A stretch of 61,952 nt of DNA, counting the filler, from Clostridiaceae bacterium (lineage in GTDB: Bacteria; Bacillota; Clostridia; CAYPLH01; DUMO01): the NCBI GenBank assembly GCA_012839865.1. It is 4 parts of 4 records of this genome, joined end to end, with 100 filler letters (N's around TTAATTAATTAA, not from the genome) between each part and the next. Parts side by side here need not be neighbours in the genome. Positions count along the whole stretch, not along the records: positions 1 to 27,166 come from DUMO01000034.1; 3 more parts are not named here. One strand, 5' to 3'. A program made the translations under genes and the position numbers. The notes under the pieces were generated by a model. It was given only the letters and a program-made list of their open reading frames with translations. It was not told the DNA's origin and searched no databases. Positions 1 to 10,518 of this stretch are shown one piece after another (position 1 is the first letter of the stretch; each line of letters starts with the position of its first letter).

Positions 1-52
1 ATGAGAAAAACACCCGGTAAGTAATAAACCTAAGGAGGTTGTAACCTGTTAT

Positions 53-2074
53 TTAAAACACCTCCAGGGAAACAGCCGGTGCACCCCAAAACCAGCAGGC
101 AGAATCAGGTGCATACACAGGCTTGAAAACCAATATGCTCAAAGGTGGTATTTGCAGTGAGATTGAATAGGGCCTGTTGTGAATCTGGTAATTGTCGGCG
201 TGGACACCACCCAGGTTGCCCATATTGCTTCCGCCGTAAATATAAGAATCGCTGTTTAAAATTTCCCGGTAAAATACATCATAAGGAACACCTATCCGGT
301 AATTGCTGTGGGCCACAGGCGTAAAGTTGCACACAAAAACCAAAAAATCCTTCTCTTCCCTGCTCCTTCGAATGAAGGAGACAATGCTGTGGTCCTTGTC
401 ATTGCAGTCGAGCCATTCAAAACCTTTTACATCGTAGTCCAGTTCATACAGGCATCTTTCAGTTTTATAAAGCATGTTTAAATCATGTACAAACTTTCGA
501 AGTTTTTTATGGAGGTCAAATTCAAGAAGATGCCAGTCAAGGCTTTGCTTATAATTCCACTCATTAAACTGGCCAAACTCATTTCCCATAAACAGCAGTT
601 TTTTTCCCGGGTGCCCGTACATAAACCCGTAGGAGACCCGGAGTCCGGCAAATTTACACCAAAGGTCGCCAAACATTTTGTTTATCATTGAGCCCTTGCC
701 GTGGACAACTTCATCATGGGAAAGGGGTAGTATAAAGTTTTCAGAATAGTGGTACATCATTGAAAAGGTAATATTGTTGTGATGATATTTCCGGTAAATC
801 GGGTCCATGCCGATGTACCTCAAAAAATCGTTCATCCAGCCCATATTCCACTTGAAAGAAAAACCAAGCCCGCCTGTATATACCGGGCTTGTAACCATTG
901 CCCATGAAGTTGATTCTTCGGCTATCATCATAACTCCCGGGAAGTATTTGAAGACCGTAGAGTTTAGCCGGCGCATAAATTCAATGGCTTCTACATTTTC
1001 TTTTCCGCCCCATTTGTTGGGTACCCATTCCCCTTCTTTTTTGGCATAGTCAAGATAGAGCATGGATGCGACGGCATCAACCCTCAGGCCATCAATGTGG
1101 TATTTTTCAAACCAAAAAAGAGCATTGGCGATAAGGAAATTTCGCACCTCGTGCCTGCCATAATTGAAAATATGGGTTCCCCAATCAGGATGCTCCCCCT
1201 GCCGGGGGTCCAGGTGCTCATAAAGAGCAGTGCCGTCAAACCTTGCAAGGCCATGGCCGTCTTTGGGAAAATGTGCAGGAACCCAATCGATTATGACACC
1301 AATATCATTTTGATGGCACTTGTCCACGAAGTACATGAAATCTTCAGGTTTTCCGTACCTGCTTGTAACAGAATAGTATCCTGTAATCTGGTAACCCCAT
1401 GAGCCGCCAAAAGGATGCTCAGCCACCGGAAGCACTTCAATATGCGTAAAGCCCATTTTTTTTACATAATCAACAAGCTTGTCAGCCAGCTCAATATAGG
1501 TCAACGGCCTGTGGCCTTCTTCCGGGACAGTAGCCCAGGAGCCTAAATGGACCTCATATATGGAAACAGGTTTGTTGAAAAAGCCATTGCTCCGCTTTTC
1601 CATCCAAGACTGGTCATTCCAGTGGAACTCACCCGGGTTGTAGACTATGGAAGCGGTGGCGGGGCTATGTTCAGAGTAAAAGGCATAAGGGTCCGCTTTA
1701 ATATAAAGCTCCCCTGAAGGGGTTTTTATTTCGTATTTGTATAATGCGCCTTCGGTTACATGGGGCACAAAAGTTTCCCAAACACCGGAGCCTCCCCTTA
1801 ATTTCATGGGATGAACCCTTCCGTCCCAGTTGTTGAAACTTCCCACCACACTGACACTTTGGGCGTTGGGGGCCCAAACAGCAAAGAAGGCACCCCGGAC
1901 GCCGTCAAATTCAACAATATGGGCGCCCAGCCTTTCATATATCCTGTGGTGGTTTCCCTCGTTGAAAAGATACAGGTCGTAATCTGATATGATACTATTT
2001 TGCGCAGCGTCAATTTGTTTAATCAGCTTCCTGATTTTATAGCTTTGGCTTTTGGGTGCTGTCCTGTTCATCAA
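53..2074 (-). CDS. glgB: 1,4-alpha-glucan branching enzyme (GH13)
   Basis: Motifs [53 protein letters not shown]. Confidence 0.97.
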   Translation of the reverse strand: MMNRTAPKSQSYKIRKLIKQIDAAQNSIISDYDLYLFNEGNHHRIYERLGAHIVEFDGVRGAFFAVWAPNAQSVSVVGSFNNWDGRVHPMKLRGGSGVWETFVPHVTEGALYKYEIKTPSGELYIKADPYAFYSEHSPATASIVYNPGEFHWNDQSWMEKRSNGFFNKPVSIYEVHLGSWATVPEEGHRPLTYIELADKLVDYVKKMGFTHIEVLPVAEHPFGGSWGYQITGYYSVTSRYGKPEDFMYFVDKCHQNDIGVIIDWVPAHFPKDGHGLARFDGTALYEHLDPRQGEHPDWGTHIFNYGRHEVRNFLIANALFWFEKYHIDGLRVDAVASMLYLDYAKKEGEWVPNKWGGKENVEAIEFMRRLNSTVFKYFPGVMMIAEESTSWAMVTSPVYTGGLGFSFKWNMGWMNDFLRYIGMDPIYRKYHHNNITFSMMYHYSENFILPLSHDEVVHGKGSMINKMFGDLWCKFAGLRVSYGFMYGHPGKKLLFMGNEFGQFNEWNYKQSLDWHLLEFDLHKKLRKFVHDLNMLYKTERCLYELDYDVKGFEWLDCNDKDHSIVSFIRRSREEKDFLVFVCNFTPVAHSNYRIGVPYDVFYREILNSDSYIYGGSNMGNLGGVHADNYQIHNRPYSISLQIPPLSILVFKPVYAPDSACWFWGAPAVSLEVF

Positions 2075-2101
2075 GTTGCCCCTTCCTGTATCACGGGTAG
2101 T

Positions 2102-2400
2102 GGAACCAGGGGGACGGTTAATGTGAAAGTTGAAATACTTTCATATATTTTGCTGTGAAAGCTCTCTTTCATGGTTGTTCTTGTGGTCACCGGCTTGGGA
2201 TTTGCGACAGGAGGCGGTTTCATGCCTCCGGATTATAATGAGGCACAGAACTGTCTGTCTCCTGTCTTGTTTTGGCGGTGTACTTACAGGGACCACAAGA
2301 ACCGTCCCCCTGGTTCCCCTTGGTTCCATCCAATGACCACAAGAACTGTCCCCTTGACCCCATCATGAGGCACAGAACCGCCCCCCTGGCTCCCCTGGTC
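2102..2400. repeat. REP-like repeat cluster (GAAC[C/T]GTCCCC family) with an 18-bp inverted repeat
   Basis: GGAACCAGGGGGACGGTT (2102-2119) is the exact reverse complement of 2300-2317; GACCACAAGAAC at 2291 and 2336 (reverse copy 2177); ATGAGGCACAGAAC at 2238 and 2365. Confidence 0.85.
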
Positions 2401-2403
2401 AGC

Positions 2404-3381
2404 CTATACGTATGCTTTGAGCATAGTCAGGTTTCCCTCAAATTCGAATTTTCCAAGGGCGGCCGGTATTAAAAATGAATCACCGGGAATTGCAGATATT
2501 GTTCCGTGGCCGTATTTTATTTTACCCGCTCCGGCAATTGTTATGTATATGAAAAATTTTGAACCGTCGGTTGAATCGCAGGAATTGCCTTTTACAGAAA
2601 TGTGTTCTACTGTGAAAAAATCATTGGAAACAAGAGGTATGCACAACCTTGCTTCCTCCTGGCCATGGTAACTGCTGTTTACAACAGATTCACCGGTAAC
2701 ATGAAGGCTAAAATCCATTACTTCAAGAGCTTCTCTTATATGCAATGGCCTTGGGTTGCCTTTGGCATCAACCCGGTCATAGTCATATACCCTGAATGTT
2801 GAATTTGAGTTTTGCTGAATCTCCGCCAGCAGAATTCCCTTCCCTATTGCATGCACCAGCCCTGTTGGAATGTTTATGGCATCCCCGGGTTTAACATCAA
2901 TGTAATTCAGCAATTCCTCAATTTTTTTATTGGCAACGGCTTTTTCGAAATCCGACTTCGTGGTTCCGGGTTTTAACCCGTAGACCAGCCTGGCACCAGG
3001 TTCGGCTGAAATTATATACCACATTTCATTTTTGCCATAAAGGTCGCTGTTGTTTTTCCTTACATAATTTTCATCAGGATGCACCTGAACGGACAAATTA
3101 TCATTGGCATCGATGAACTTGACAAGGAGCGGGAACTTTGTGACAGCTTCATCGGAAAGAGCAGTTCCCAGAAGTTTTCTGCCTTCCTTTTCTATAACGT
3201 CGGTAAAAAACATTCCTGCATATTCCCCGTTTGCTATTTTGCTTATGCCGTCAGGGTGGCTTGAAACTTCCCAGCTTTCAGCAACCTTGCCCTCCGGAAG
3301 CTTTTTATTCAACTTGAGGAGATTCCGTCCTCCCCATATATAATCCTTGAATACCGGTTCAAATTTTAATGGATAAAGCAT
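2404..3381 (-). CDS. manA: Class I mannose-6-phosphate isomerase
   Basis: IWGG, AESWEVS, LLVKFIDA..LSVQVHPD, GKNEMWY, EIQQNS..T.RVYDY. Confidence 0.92.
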   Translation of the reverse strand: MLYPLKFEPVFKDYIWGGRNLLKLNKKLPEGKVAESWEVSSHPDGISKIANGEYAGMFFTDVIEKEGRKLLGTALSDEAVTKFPLLVKFIDANDNLSVQVHPDENYVRKNNSDLYGKNEMWYIISAEPGARLVYGLKPGTTKSDFEKAVANKKIEELLNYIDVKPGDAINIPTGLVHAIGKGILLAEIQQNSNSTFRVYDYDRVDAKGNPRPLHIREALEVMDFSLHVTGESVVNSSYHGQEEARLCIPLVSNDFFTVEHISVKGNSCDSTDGSKFFIYITIAGAGKIKYGHGTISAIPGDSFLIPAALGKFEFEGNLTMLKAYV

Positions 3382-3577
3382 TTTATACCTCCAATTAATG
3401 ATTGTATGATATTATAGCAGTATGAATTAAAAATAAACCGGGAATTCTTCTTAACCGGAAGAAAAGCCGGACTTTTTGCACATGTATACATTTTAAACGT
3501 AATGTTGGCCACATTAATAAAGATTATATAGCATTTTGAATATACAATAAAGAAAATGTTGGAAAAATAAAAACCCC

Positions 3578-3606
3578 TTGTACAGTCCCAAACTATGTGG
3601 TAAAAT
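3578..3606 (+). promoter_or_regulatory. SigA-type promoter of rpsF operon
   Basis: TTGTAC-N17-TAAAAT. Confidence 0.6.
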
Positions 3607-3612
3607 ATTTTA

Positions 3613-3673
3613 TTGTTATCCTTGCTCTGCACATAAGTTGCAGGGCCGTTAGTCCGGGAGGAGGTGAAGAACG
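3613..3673 (+). promoter_or_regulatory. rpsF leader, S6:S18-binding autoregulatory RNA (putative)
   Basis: CCTTGCTC, CTGCA/TGCAG hairpin and CCG motif immediately before the GGAGGAGGTGA RBS of rpsF; resembles the Firmicute S6:S18 leader. Confidence 0.65.
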
Positions 3674-3958
3674 TTGAATAAATATGAAGCGATGTTCATT
3701 ATTGACAGCACGCTTGATGAAGAGTCAGTTAAATCTTTAATCGAAAAAATCAAGAATCTTCTTGAAACATCCGCAAAGCTTGAAGGATTAGACGAATGGG
3801 GCAAGAGAAGATTTGCATATCCCATAAACAAACAGAGCGAAGGTTATTATTTTCTTGCAAACTTCGAAGCTGAACCGGATTTCCCCAATGAGCTTGAAAG
3901 AGTATTCAAAATAACCGACGGTATTTTAAAATATCTGATCGTCAAAAAGGACAAATAA
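3674..3958 (+). CDS. rpsF: 30S ribosomal protein S6
   Basis: TTG start; KYEAMFI, WGKRRFAYPI..GYY. Confidence 0.97.
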   Translation: MNKYEAMFIIDSTLDEESVKSLIEKIKNLLETSAKLEGLDEWGKRRFAYPINKQSEGYYFLANFEAEPDFPNELERVFKITDGILKYLIVKKDK

Positions 3959-3967
3959 GGTGATTGG

Positions 3968-4381
3968 ATGAATAGGGTTGTATTATTGGGACGGCTTACG
4001 AAAACCCCGGAGCTTCGTTATACCAGGGAAAACAATGCTTATTCCAGTTTTACCATTGCCGTAAACAGAAAAGCGGCACGGCAGGGTGAAAAGAGTGAAG
4101 CTGACTTTATTTCTGCGGTGGCCTTGGGAAAGCAAGCCGAATTCCTGCAAAAATACACCCAAAAGGGGAGCCGGATACTTGTGTGGGGAAGCATTCGGAC
4201 ACGCAGTTGGAATGACAAGGAAGGAAAACATCATTCTGCGACACAGGTTTTGGCGGAAGAGATATACATGGCGGACAGCCAGAAGGATCAGGTTCCCAAA
4301 TTCGAAGGATATTTTGTAAACGAACTTAATGAACAGGTTAACGGTTTCGAAATTGTTGAAAGTGAAAAGTTGCCATTTTAG
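3968..4381 (+). CDS. ssb: Single-stranded DNA-binding protein
   Basis: MNRVVLLGRLTKTPELRYT, C-terminal LPF; between rpsF and rpsR. Confidence 0.95.
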   Translation: MNRVVLLGRLTKTPELRYTRENNAYSSFTIAVNRKAARQGEKSEADFISAVALGKQAEFLQKYTQKGSRILVWGSIRTRSWNDKEGKHHSATQVLAEEIYMADSQKDQVPKFEGYFVNELNEQVNGFEIVESEKLPF

Positions 4382-4406
4382 GCAAGTAAGAAAGGAGGTT
4401 TTGTAA

Positions 4407-4682
4407 ATGGCGACAAACAAAAGGGAGAGAAATGACAAGGCCGACAAGAAGACCGGCCCACAGGCGGTAAGGCGTGCGCGGAAAAAAGTTTGTGCTTTTT
4501 GTGTAGATAAAATAGAGGATATCGACTATAAGGAAGTTGCTAAAATAAAGAAGTATATCTCCGAAAGAGGTAAAATACTTCCCAGAAGGATTTCCGGAAA
4601 CTGTGCAAAGCATCAAAGACAATTGACTCAAGCTATAAAGAGAGCGAGACACATTGCTTTATTACCATACACAGCTGACTAA
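4407..4682 (+). CDS. rpsR: 30S ribosomal protein S18
   Basis: [35 protein letters not shown]. Confidence 0.98.
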   Translation: MATNKRERNDKADKKTGPQAVRRARKKVCAFCVDKIEDIDYKEVAKIKKYISERGKILPRRISGNCAKHQRQLTQAIKRARHIALLPYTAD

Positions 4683-4895
4683 TTTGGCAGGGAGCCGTAT
4701 CATATGTGTTTTGTCATATATGAGGAAGCTCCCTTGTTGTAATCCTTCCAATAACATTAAAGGCAAGTCTCTTGACAACATTCTTTTATGAAGACTTAAG
4801 CAAGAAACCTGATATAATTTGCCGACAGGTGGGATATTTTGTAGCAACAGCTTTTTGCAGACACCAATCCTATTATGATTTGAAAAAGGAGCAAT

Positions 4896-5750
4896 ATGAT
4901 AAAAATAGGCTTTTTAGGTCCTAAAGGCACTTTCACCCATGAAGCTTTGAGAGGCTATACCAAAAGCAGAAGCGAATATGTTGAATGCGACTTTGGTACG
5001 ATTGCGGACATGCTTGTTTCTGTGAACAATAATGAAATTGACGAAGCAATTGTACCTATTGAAAACTCCATTGAAGGCGGTAGCATTATAAGCAACACCC
5101 TTGACATGCTGGCCTATGAGGTTGATTTGAAGATTAAAGCAGAAATAGTGCTTAAAGTAGCGCAAAACCTTTTAGTCCCCGAGGGGGTCGGGCTTTCGGA
5201 TATTGAATGTATTCTGTCGCATCCACAGGCTTTGGGGCAATGCAGGAAATATATCGATAAACATTTTCCCGGTATAATGCTGAAAGCAACCCAAAGCACC
5301 GCCGGAGCAGCTCTGGAAGCCGCCCGTTCAGGTGCAAAATGTGCTGTTATAGGCTCAGCAAGCCTTGCCGATGTATATGGGCTTAAGGTGTTGGAGCACA
5401 GCATACAGGACACGGATACAAATGAAACACGTTTTATTGTTGTCTCCAAAACCGACGGAGAGCGGACAGGCAGGGATAAATCCTCCATTGCCTTTTCCAT
5501 GGAAGAAGACAAGCCGGGAAGCTTGTATAGGATTTTAAACATATTCAACCTTTGGGACATCAACATGACCCGGATAGAGTCAAGACCCACAAGAAACAAG
5601 CTGGGGAAGTATATTTTCTTTGTTGACCTTATGGGGCACAGGCTTGATGAGGATTTGAGGGATGCCCTCACCATGGTGAAAAGAAAAACATCCTTTTACA
5701 AATTTTTAGGTTCGTATCCTATGGCGGGATCCCGGGAAATTACACAGTAA
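4896..5750 (+). CDS. pheA: Prephenate dehydratase with ACT domain
   Basis: LGPKGTF, VPIENSIEG, SHPQALGQC, NETRF, RIESRP. Confidence 0.95.
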   Translation: MIKIGFLGPKGTFTHEALRGYTKSRSEYVECDFGTIADMLVSVNNNEIDEAIVPIENSIEGGSIISNTLDMLAYEVDLKIKAEIVLKVAQNLLVPEGVGLSDIECILSHPQALGQCRKYIDKHFPGIMLKATQSTAGAALEAARSGAKCAVIGSASLADVYGLKVLEHSIQDTDTNETRFIVVSKTDGERTGRDKSSIAFSMEEDKPGSLYRILNIFNLWDINMTRIESRPTRNKLGKYIFFVDLMGHRLDEDLRDALTMVKRKTSFYKFLGSYPMAGSREITQ

Positions 5751-5949
5751 CACCGTATTAATGATATAATGATTGATATCTGGCAAATGTGACGAAAGAA
5801 AACTATATTGGTACCATTATTACTATCAGAATATATGCACGTGACTTGGCAACGTTCCGGAACTGCATAGTAATCATCAAATCCTGACATGGCTGCCAGA
5901 CCCGATTGAGAGGACTGTATTGCAATCATTAAAAACGGTGGGGACCTTT

Positions 5950-6291
5950 ATGGCAAATTTTGATAGGGAAATAGATATTACAAGGAACATTAAAATTATT
6001 GAATGGCTGAAAAGCGAGCTTTTGACCGATGTGGCCAACCTTTTCAAAGTGCTTGCAAACGGAATGAAGCAGGAGATACATGAGACGGTTTCAGAGACGC
6101 TTTCAAACATTATACTTATATGTTATCTGCTTGGCCGGCGTCTGGGAATAAGCTACAGTTCGATAGAAGCTAAAATTGAAAACAAAATAAAACTGGGTCT
6201 AATAGAAGGCAGCAATGCCGAAAAATATTATGGCGACCTCTCTGAGCTTTCAAGGCATTTAAATCTTTCCAGGGCGAGAAAAGAAGAATAA
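5950..6291 (+). CDS. MazG-like nucleotide pyrophosphohydrolase-family protein
   Basis: Small helical protein typical of this clostridial locus; ATG at 5950 preferred over 5920. Confidence 0.6.
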   Translation: MANFDREIDITRNIKIIEWLKSELLTDVANLFKVLANGMKQEIHETVSETLSNIILICYLLGRRLGISYSSIEAKIENKIKLGLIEGSNAEKYYGDLSELSRHLNLSRARKEE

Positions 6292-6347
6292 ACAGGGAAG
6301 AATATAATGTGGTGGGAGAATCCCGGATTATCATTTGAATATTTAAG

Positions 6348-8378
6348 GTGGTTATTCCGCTGATGGAAAATAAAAAATTTCCTCATATTTTTATACCAAG
6401 AGCACAATTTTATTTATGGATAATATTTATTTTTTTAGTGGTTATTGCATTGCTCGAATGGAGAGTTGCAGTTCCGGGGTCTTTGCTTTTTATTTTTCTT
6501 ATTTATCATTACCTTAGAACCAATTACCTGCGACAAAAGGAAATTACCCGTTATATAGAAAATCTGACATTTAACACTGATACAGCAGCAAAGGATACTT
6601 TGCTCAATTTCCCAATGCCCCTTGTCATAATGGAACTGGACGGGACAATTATATGGTACAACTCGTCCTTCAGGGCTGTTTTTGACAATGCAGACCTTCT
6701 GGAAAGAAAAATAGGAGAGTTTGCAAGTGCTCTCCATCCAGGTGATTTTTTAGATAATACAAATGAAAATAATCAGGGATTTTCAAAGGATGTTGTCATT
6801 AGCGGGCGGAGCTACACGGCTCTTGGCAATTTCGTCAAAGTGGATGAAAAAAACAATATCTATAAGTATATTGTACTCATATATTTGATAGATAATACCG
6901 AGCTTATAAAATTGCAGGAGAAGTATGATGAAGAAAGAATAGTTTGCGGTGTTGTTGTAATTGATAATTATGACGACCTTATGCAAAGTACTGAGGAGAC
7001 GGACAGGCCCCAGATGCTTGCTGAAATAGAAAAGAAGCTTGCTTCCTGGTTCAGTTTCACAGGAGGTCTCCTTAAGAAGATAGAAAGAGACAAATACGTT
7101 TTAATATTTGAACATAAATACCTTAAAGTTCTTGAAGAAAAAAAGTTTGACATTCTGGATTCGGTTAAGGAGGTCAACCTTGGAAACCACATATTGGTGA
7201 CATTGAGTATCGGAATAGGGTTCAACGGTAAAACTCTATCTGAGAATTTCCAGTATGCGGGGGCATCCCTGGATATTGCCCTTGGCCGCGGCGGGGACCA
7301 GGTTGTAATCAAGGATGGAGAAAACATCAGCTTTTATGGCGGAAAGACCAGAGAGGTGGAAAAGAGGACAAAGGTCAAAGCCCGGGTGATTGCCCATGCG
7401 TTAAGGGAGTTGATCGACGAATCCTCATCAATTCTAATAATGGGTCACGTCCACGGCGACATAGACTCTCTTGGGGCTTCCCTGGGGATATATGCAATTG
7501 TCCGCGGCAGAAACAAACAGGCCCATATTGTGATGAACGAGTCCAACCCTGCAATTGACAAGATGATTAGAAAAATTAGCAGCAGCGAGGACCATGTCGG
7601 GATTTTCATAGGCACAAAGGAAGCATTGGATATGATAGACAAAAAAACGCTGCTGGTTGTGGTGGATACTTACCGTCCTGCGTTTACCGAAAGCCCGGCC
7701 CTCCTGAATCATATCGACCGGGTGGTTGTAATCGACCATCACCGGCGCGGAGCTGATTTCATAAAAAACACCGTTCTTTCATATACGGAGACATACGCTT
7801 CCTCTGCCAGTGAACTGGTAACCGAAATTTTGCAGTATGTTGATGACAAGCTCAAAATAAATCCCATTGAAGCGGAGGGGCTGTATGCCGGTATCATACT
7901 TGACACAAAGAATTTCACTTTCAAGACCGGAGTAAGGACTTTTGAGGCAGCGGCTTATCTGCGGCGTCAGGGAGTTGATACCGTTTCGGTCAAGCAATTG
8001 TTCCAGAATGATATTGAGACTTATATAAACAGGTCAAATATTGTGAAGAACGCTGAATTAATCAGTGACAGCATTGCTATTTCCATTTGCCCGCCAAATG
8101 TAAAACATCCCCAATTCATTTCAGCCCAGGCAGCCGATGAACTTTTAACCCTGTCAGGTGTCGTGGCGGCTTTTGTAATCAGCCAGGAAAACAACGAAGT
8201 GGCAATCAGCGGACGTTCCCTCGGAGACATCAACGTTCAGGTTATACTTGAAAAACTTGGTGGAGGAGGGCATCTTACAGAGGCAGGGGCCCAAATAAAA
8301 GGAATATCGGTTGAGGATGCAAAAAAAGAACTAAAATATGCTATAATGGATTATATGGAGTCGATTAACAACGAATAA
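6348..8378 (+). CDS. gdpP: c-di-AMP phosphodiesterase GdpP (TM-PAS-degenerate GGDEF-DHH/DHHA1)
   Basis: Two N-terminal TMs, ALGRGGDQVV, DHHR, GGGGH...AGAQ; precedes rplI. Confidence 0.93.
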   Translation: MVIPLMENKKFPHIFIPRAQFYLWIIFIFLVVIALLEWRVAVPGSLLFIFLIYHYLRTNYLRQKEITRYIENLTFNTDTAAKDTLLNFPMPLVIMELDGTIIWYNSSFRAVFDNADLLERKIGEFASALHPGDFLDNTNENNQGFSKDVVISGRSYTALGNFVKVDEKNNIYKYIVLIYLIDNTELIKLQEKYDEERIVCGVVVIDNYDDLMQSTEETDRPQMLAEIEKKLASWFSFTGGLLKKIERDKYVLIFEHKYLKVLEEKKFDILDSVKEVNLGNHILVTLSIGIGFNGKTLSENFQYAGASLDIALGRGGDQVVIKDGENISFYGGKTREVEKRTKVKARVIAHALRELIDESSSILIMGHVHGDIDSLGASLGIYAIVRGRNKQAHIVMNESNPAIDKMIRKISSSEDHVGIFIGTKEALDMIDKKTLLVVVDTYRPAFTESPALLNHIDRVVVIDHHRRGADFIKNTVLSYTETYASSASELVTEILQYVDDKLKINPIEAEGLYAGIILDTKNFTFKTGVRTFEAAAYLRRQGVDTVSVKQLFQNDIETYINRSNIVKNAELISDSIAISICPPNVKHPQFISAQAADELLTLSGVVAAFVISQENNEVAISGRSLGDINVQVILEKLGGGGHLTEAGAQIKGISVEDAKKELKYAIMDYMESINNE

Positions 8379-8678
8379 TTGCGACGGTGCGCTTGTTTGT
8401 ACCATTTTGACCTCCTTTCCCATGTGTATTGACAACATACGGCTGCGGGTTGAGGTTGATATGCAGGAAAGTTGATTGTGTTGTTTTGCTGTAAAAAAAC
8501 GCAGGCAAGCTAATCGTGAAGTTGCGTGAAAAACGCAGGAGGAGCTTTGAAATTTCAATTTAAAAATGTAACCCGGATGTAAAGTTGAGGGTTAAAATGC
8601 AAAAGTAAAGGTAGTTAATTGACAAATTTAAGGCAGGCCAACTTAAGCCTGGCATTAAAAAGCGGGGGTGAATTATTT

Positions 8679-9125
8679 ATGAAAGTTATTCTCAGGAAAG
8701 ATGTTAAAGGACTTGGAAAGACGGATGACCTGGTTGAGGTAAGCGACGGATATGCCAGAAACTATCTGTTGCCTAAGGGATTGGCGGTTGAAGCCAATGC
8801 TGCAAATATAAGCTTGATGAACGCAAAAAAGAAGTCCGAAGAAATGAAGAATGAGCGGGAGCTTGAGAAAGCCAGAAAACTTGCTGAAAGAATCAGGGAA
8901 GTTGAACTGGTGATAAGCGCCAGGGCAGGGGAAAACGGAAAACTGTTCGGTGCAATTACCGGAAAGGATATTGCAGAAAAGTTGAAGAGCAAGTTCAACA
9001 TTGATGTGGATAAGAAGAAGATAAATTTACCGGAAGCGATTAAATCTCTCGGAACTTATGAAGTTGAAATAAAACTTTTAAGCAACATCCATCCTAAACT
9101 CAAGGTCAATGTTGTAGAAGAATAG
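8679..9125 (+). CDS. rplI: 50S ribosomal protein L9
   Basis: MKVIL..DVKGLGK....EVSDGYARNYL.P; ATG 8679 after GGGGGTG. Confidence 0.97.
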   Translation: MKVILRKDVKGLGKTDDLVEVSDGYARNYLLPKGLAVEANAANISLMNAKKKSEEMKNERELEKARKLAERIREVELVISARAGENGKLFGAITGKDIAEKLKSKFNIDVDKKKINLPEAIKSLGTYEVEIKLLSNIHPKLKVNVVEE

Positions 9126-9159
9126 AGCATGAATTATATGCCTGGGGGTTGTTTTCATT

Positions 9160-10494
9160 ATGGCGGTATTCGATAGAATTCCTCCGCAAAATACAGAAGC
9201 TGAACAGTCTGTTTTAGGTTCCATGCTTCTGGACAGGGAAGTTATTCCTGTAGTCATGGAACACTTAAAAAGTGAAGATTTTTATAGGGAAGACCATAAG
9301 GAAATTTTTGATGCCATACAGGAATTGTCCGAAAAGGGCGAACCGGTTGACCTTATTACCGTGGCGGATAAACTGAAGTCCAGGGGAACCCTGGAGGCAA
9401 CAGGAGGCCTTGCCTACCTGTCAAACATTGCATCAATGGTTCCCACAACTGCAAATATCAAGTATTATGTTGAAATTGTCCAGGAAAAATCAATTCTTCG
9501 AAAATTGATTTCCACATCCTCGGAAATAATAAATATGAGTTACGAAGCCCGGGAAGAGGTTGCCGTAATTTTGGACAGGGCGGAGCAGGGTATATTTGGA
9601 ATACTGCAGAACAGGGCCATGAAAGGTTTTACGCACATAAAGGATGTGCTGGTGGAAACCTTCAACAGGCTGGAAGAACTTTATGGCAGAGATAATGAGA
9701 TAACCGGGGTGCCAACCGGTTTTTCCGAATTGGACCGCATAACGGCCGGTTTGCAAAATTCGGATTTTATTTTGATAGCGGCAAGGCCTTCCGTAGGAAA
9801 AACTGCCTTTGCCCTGAATATTGCACAGTATGTTGGCATCCGGGCACGAATCCCTGTAGCGGTTTTCAACCTTGAAATGTCAAAGGAGCAGCTTGTCAAC
9901 AGGATACTTTGCAGTGAGGCAATGGTAGACAGCCATAAGCTCAGAACCGGCAGGCTCAGTGAAGAAGACTGGCAAAAAATCGGACAGACCCTGGGACCTC
10001 TCTCAGAAGCGCCTATATATATAGACGACACGGCAGGCTCTTCGATTATGGATATAAGGTCAAAGGCAAGAAGACTGAAACTGGAAAAGAAAATAGGACT
10101 TGTCATCATAGATTATCTGCAGCTTATACAAGGCAGGAACAAGGAAAACCGGCAGCAGGAAATATCGGATATTTCAAGACAGCTAAAGATACTTGCCAAA
10201 GAACTGAACATACCTGTTGTAGCCTTGTCGCAGCTTAGCCGAAGTGTTGAGTCAAGGTCGGATAAAAGGCCTATTTTAAGCGACCTCAGGGATTCGGGGG
10301 CAATTGAGCAGGACGCAGACATAGTTATGTTTTTATATCGTGACGATTATTATAATGAAGATACGGAGAAGAAGAATATTATCGAGGTTAATATCGCAAA
10401 GCACAGAAACGGTTCCACGGGAACCTTTGAATTGGTATGGATACCCCAGTATACCAAGTTTGGTATGAAAAGTTACCGGAGCGAGCAAGGCTAA
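9160..10494 (+). CDS. dnaB: Replicative DNA helicase
   Basis: PPQN.EAEQSVLG, AARPSVGKT, IDYLQL, SQLSR, SDLRDSGAIEQDAD. Confidence 0.97.
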   Translation: MAVFDRIPPQNTEAEQSVLGSMLLDREVIPVVMEHLKSEDFYREDHKEIFDAIQELSEKGEPVDLITVADKLKSRGTLEATGGLAYLSNIASMVPTTANIKYYVEIVQEKSILRKLISTSSEIINMSYEAREEVAVILDRAEQGIFGILQNRAMKGFTHIKDVLVETFNRLEELYGRDNEITGVPTGFSELDRITAGLQNSDFILIAARPSVGKTAFALNIAQYVGIRARIPVAVFNLEMSKEQLVNRILCSEAMVDSHKLRTGRLSEEDWQKIGQTLGPLSEAPIYIDDTAGSSIMDIRSKARRLKLEKKIGLVIIDYLQLIQGRNKENRQQEISDISRQLKILAKELNIPVVALSQLSRSVESRSDKRPILSDLRDSGAIEQDADIVMFLYRDDYYNEDTEKKNIIEVNIAKHRNGSTGTFELVWIPQYTKFGMKSYRSEQG

Positions 10495-10518
10495 TAAACT
10501 TTATGCGGAAGTTTTGAT

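Noticed and set aside
2230..2400. Possible CRISPR array
   Set aside because: Repeat units vary in sequence, orientation and spacing, there are no unique regular spacers, and no cas genes are present.
2130..2472. Four short overlapping ORFs in the glgB-manA gap (also 16217-16441)
   Set aside because: Translations of REP-like repeats (GTRGTV/RTVP motifs); no convincing RBS.
4683..4895. T-box leader for pheA
   Set aside because: No T-box consensus (AAGGGTGGNACCGCG-like) found.
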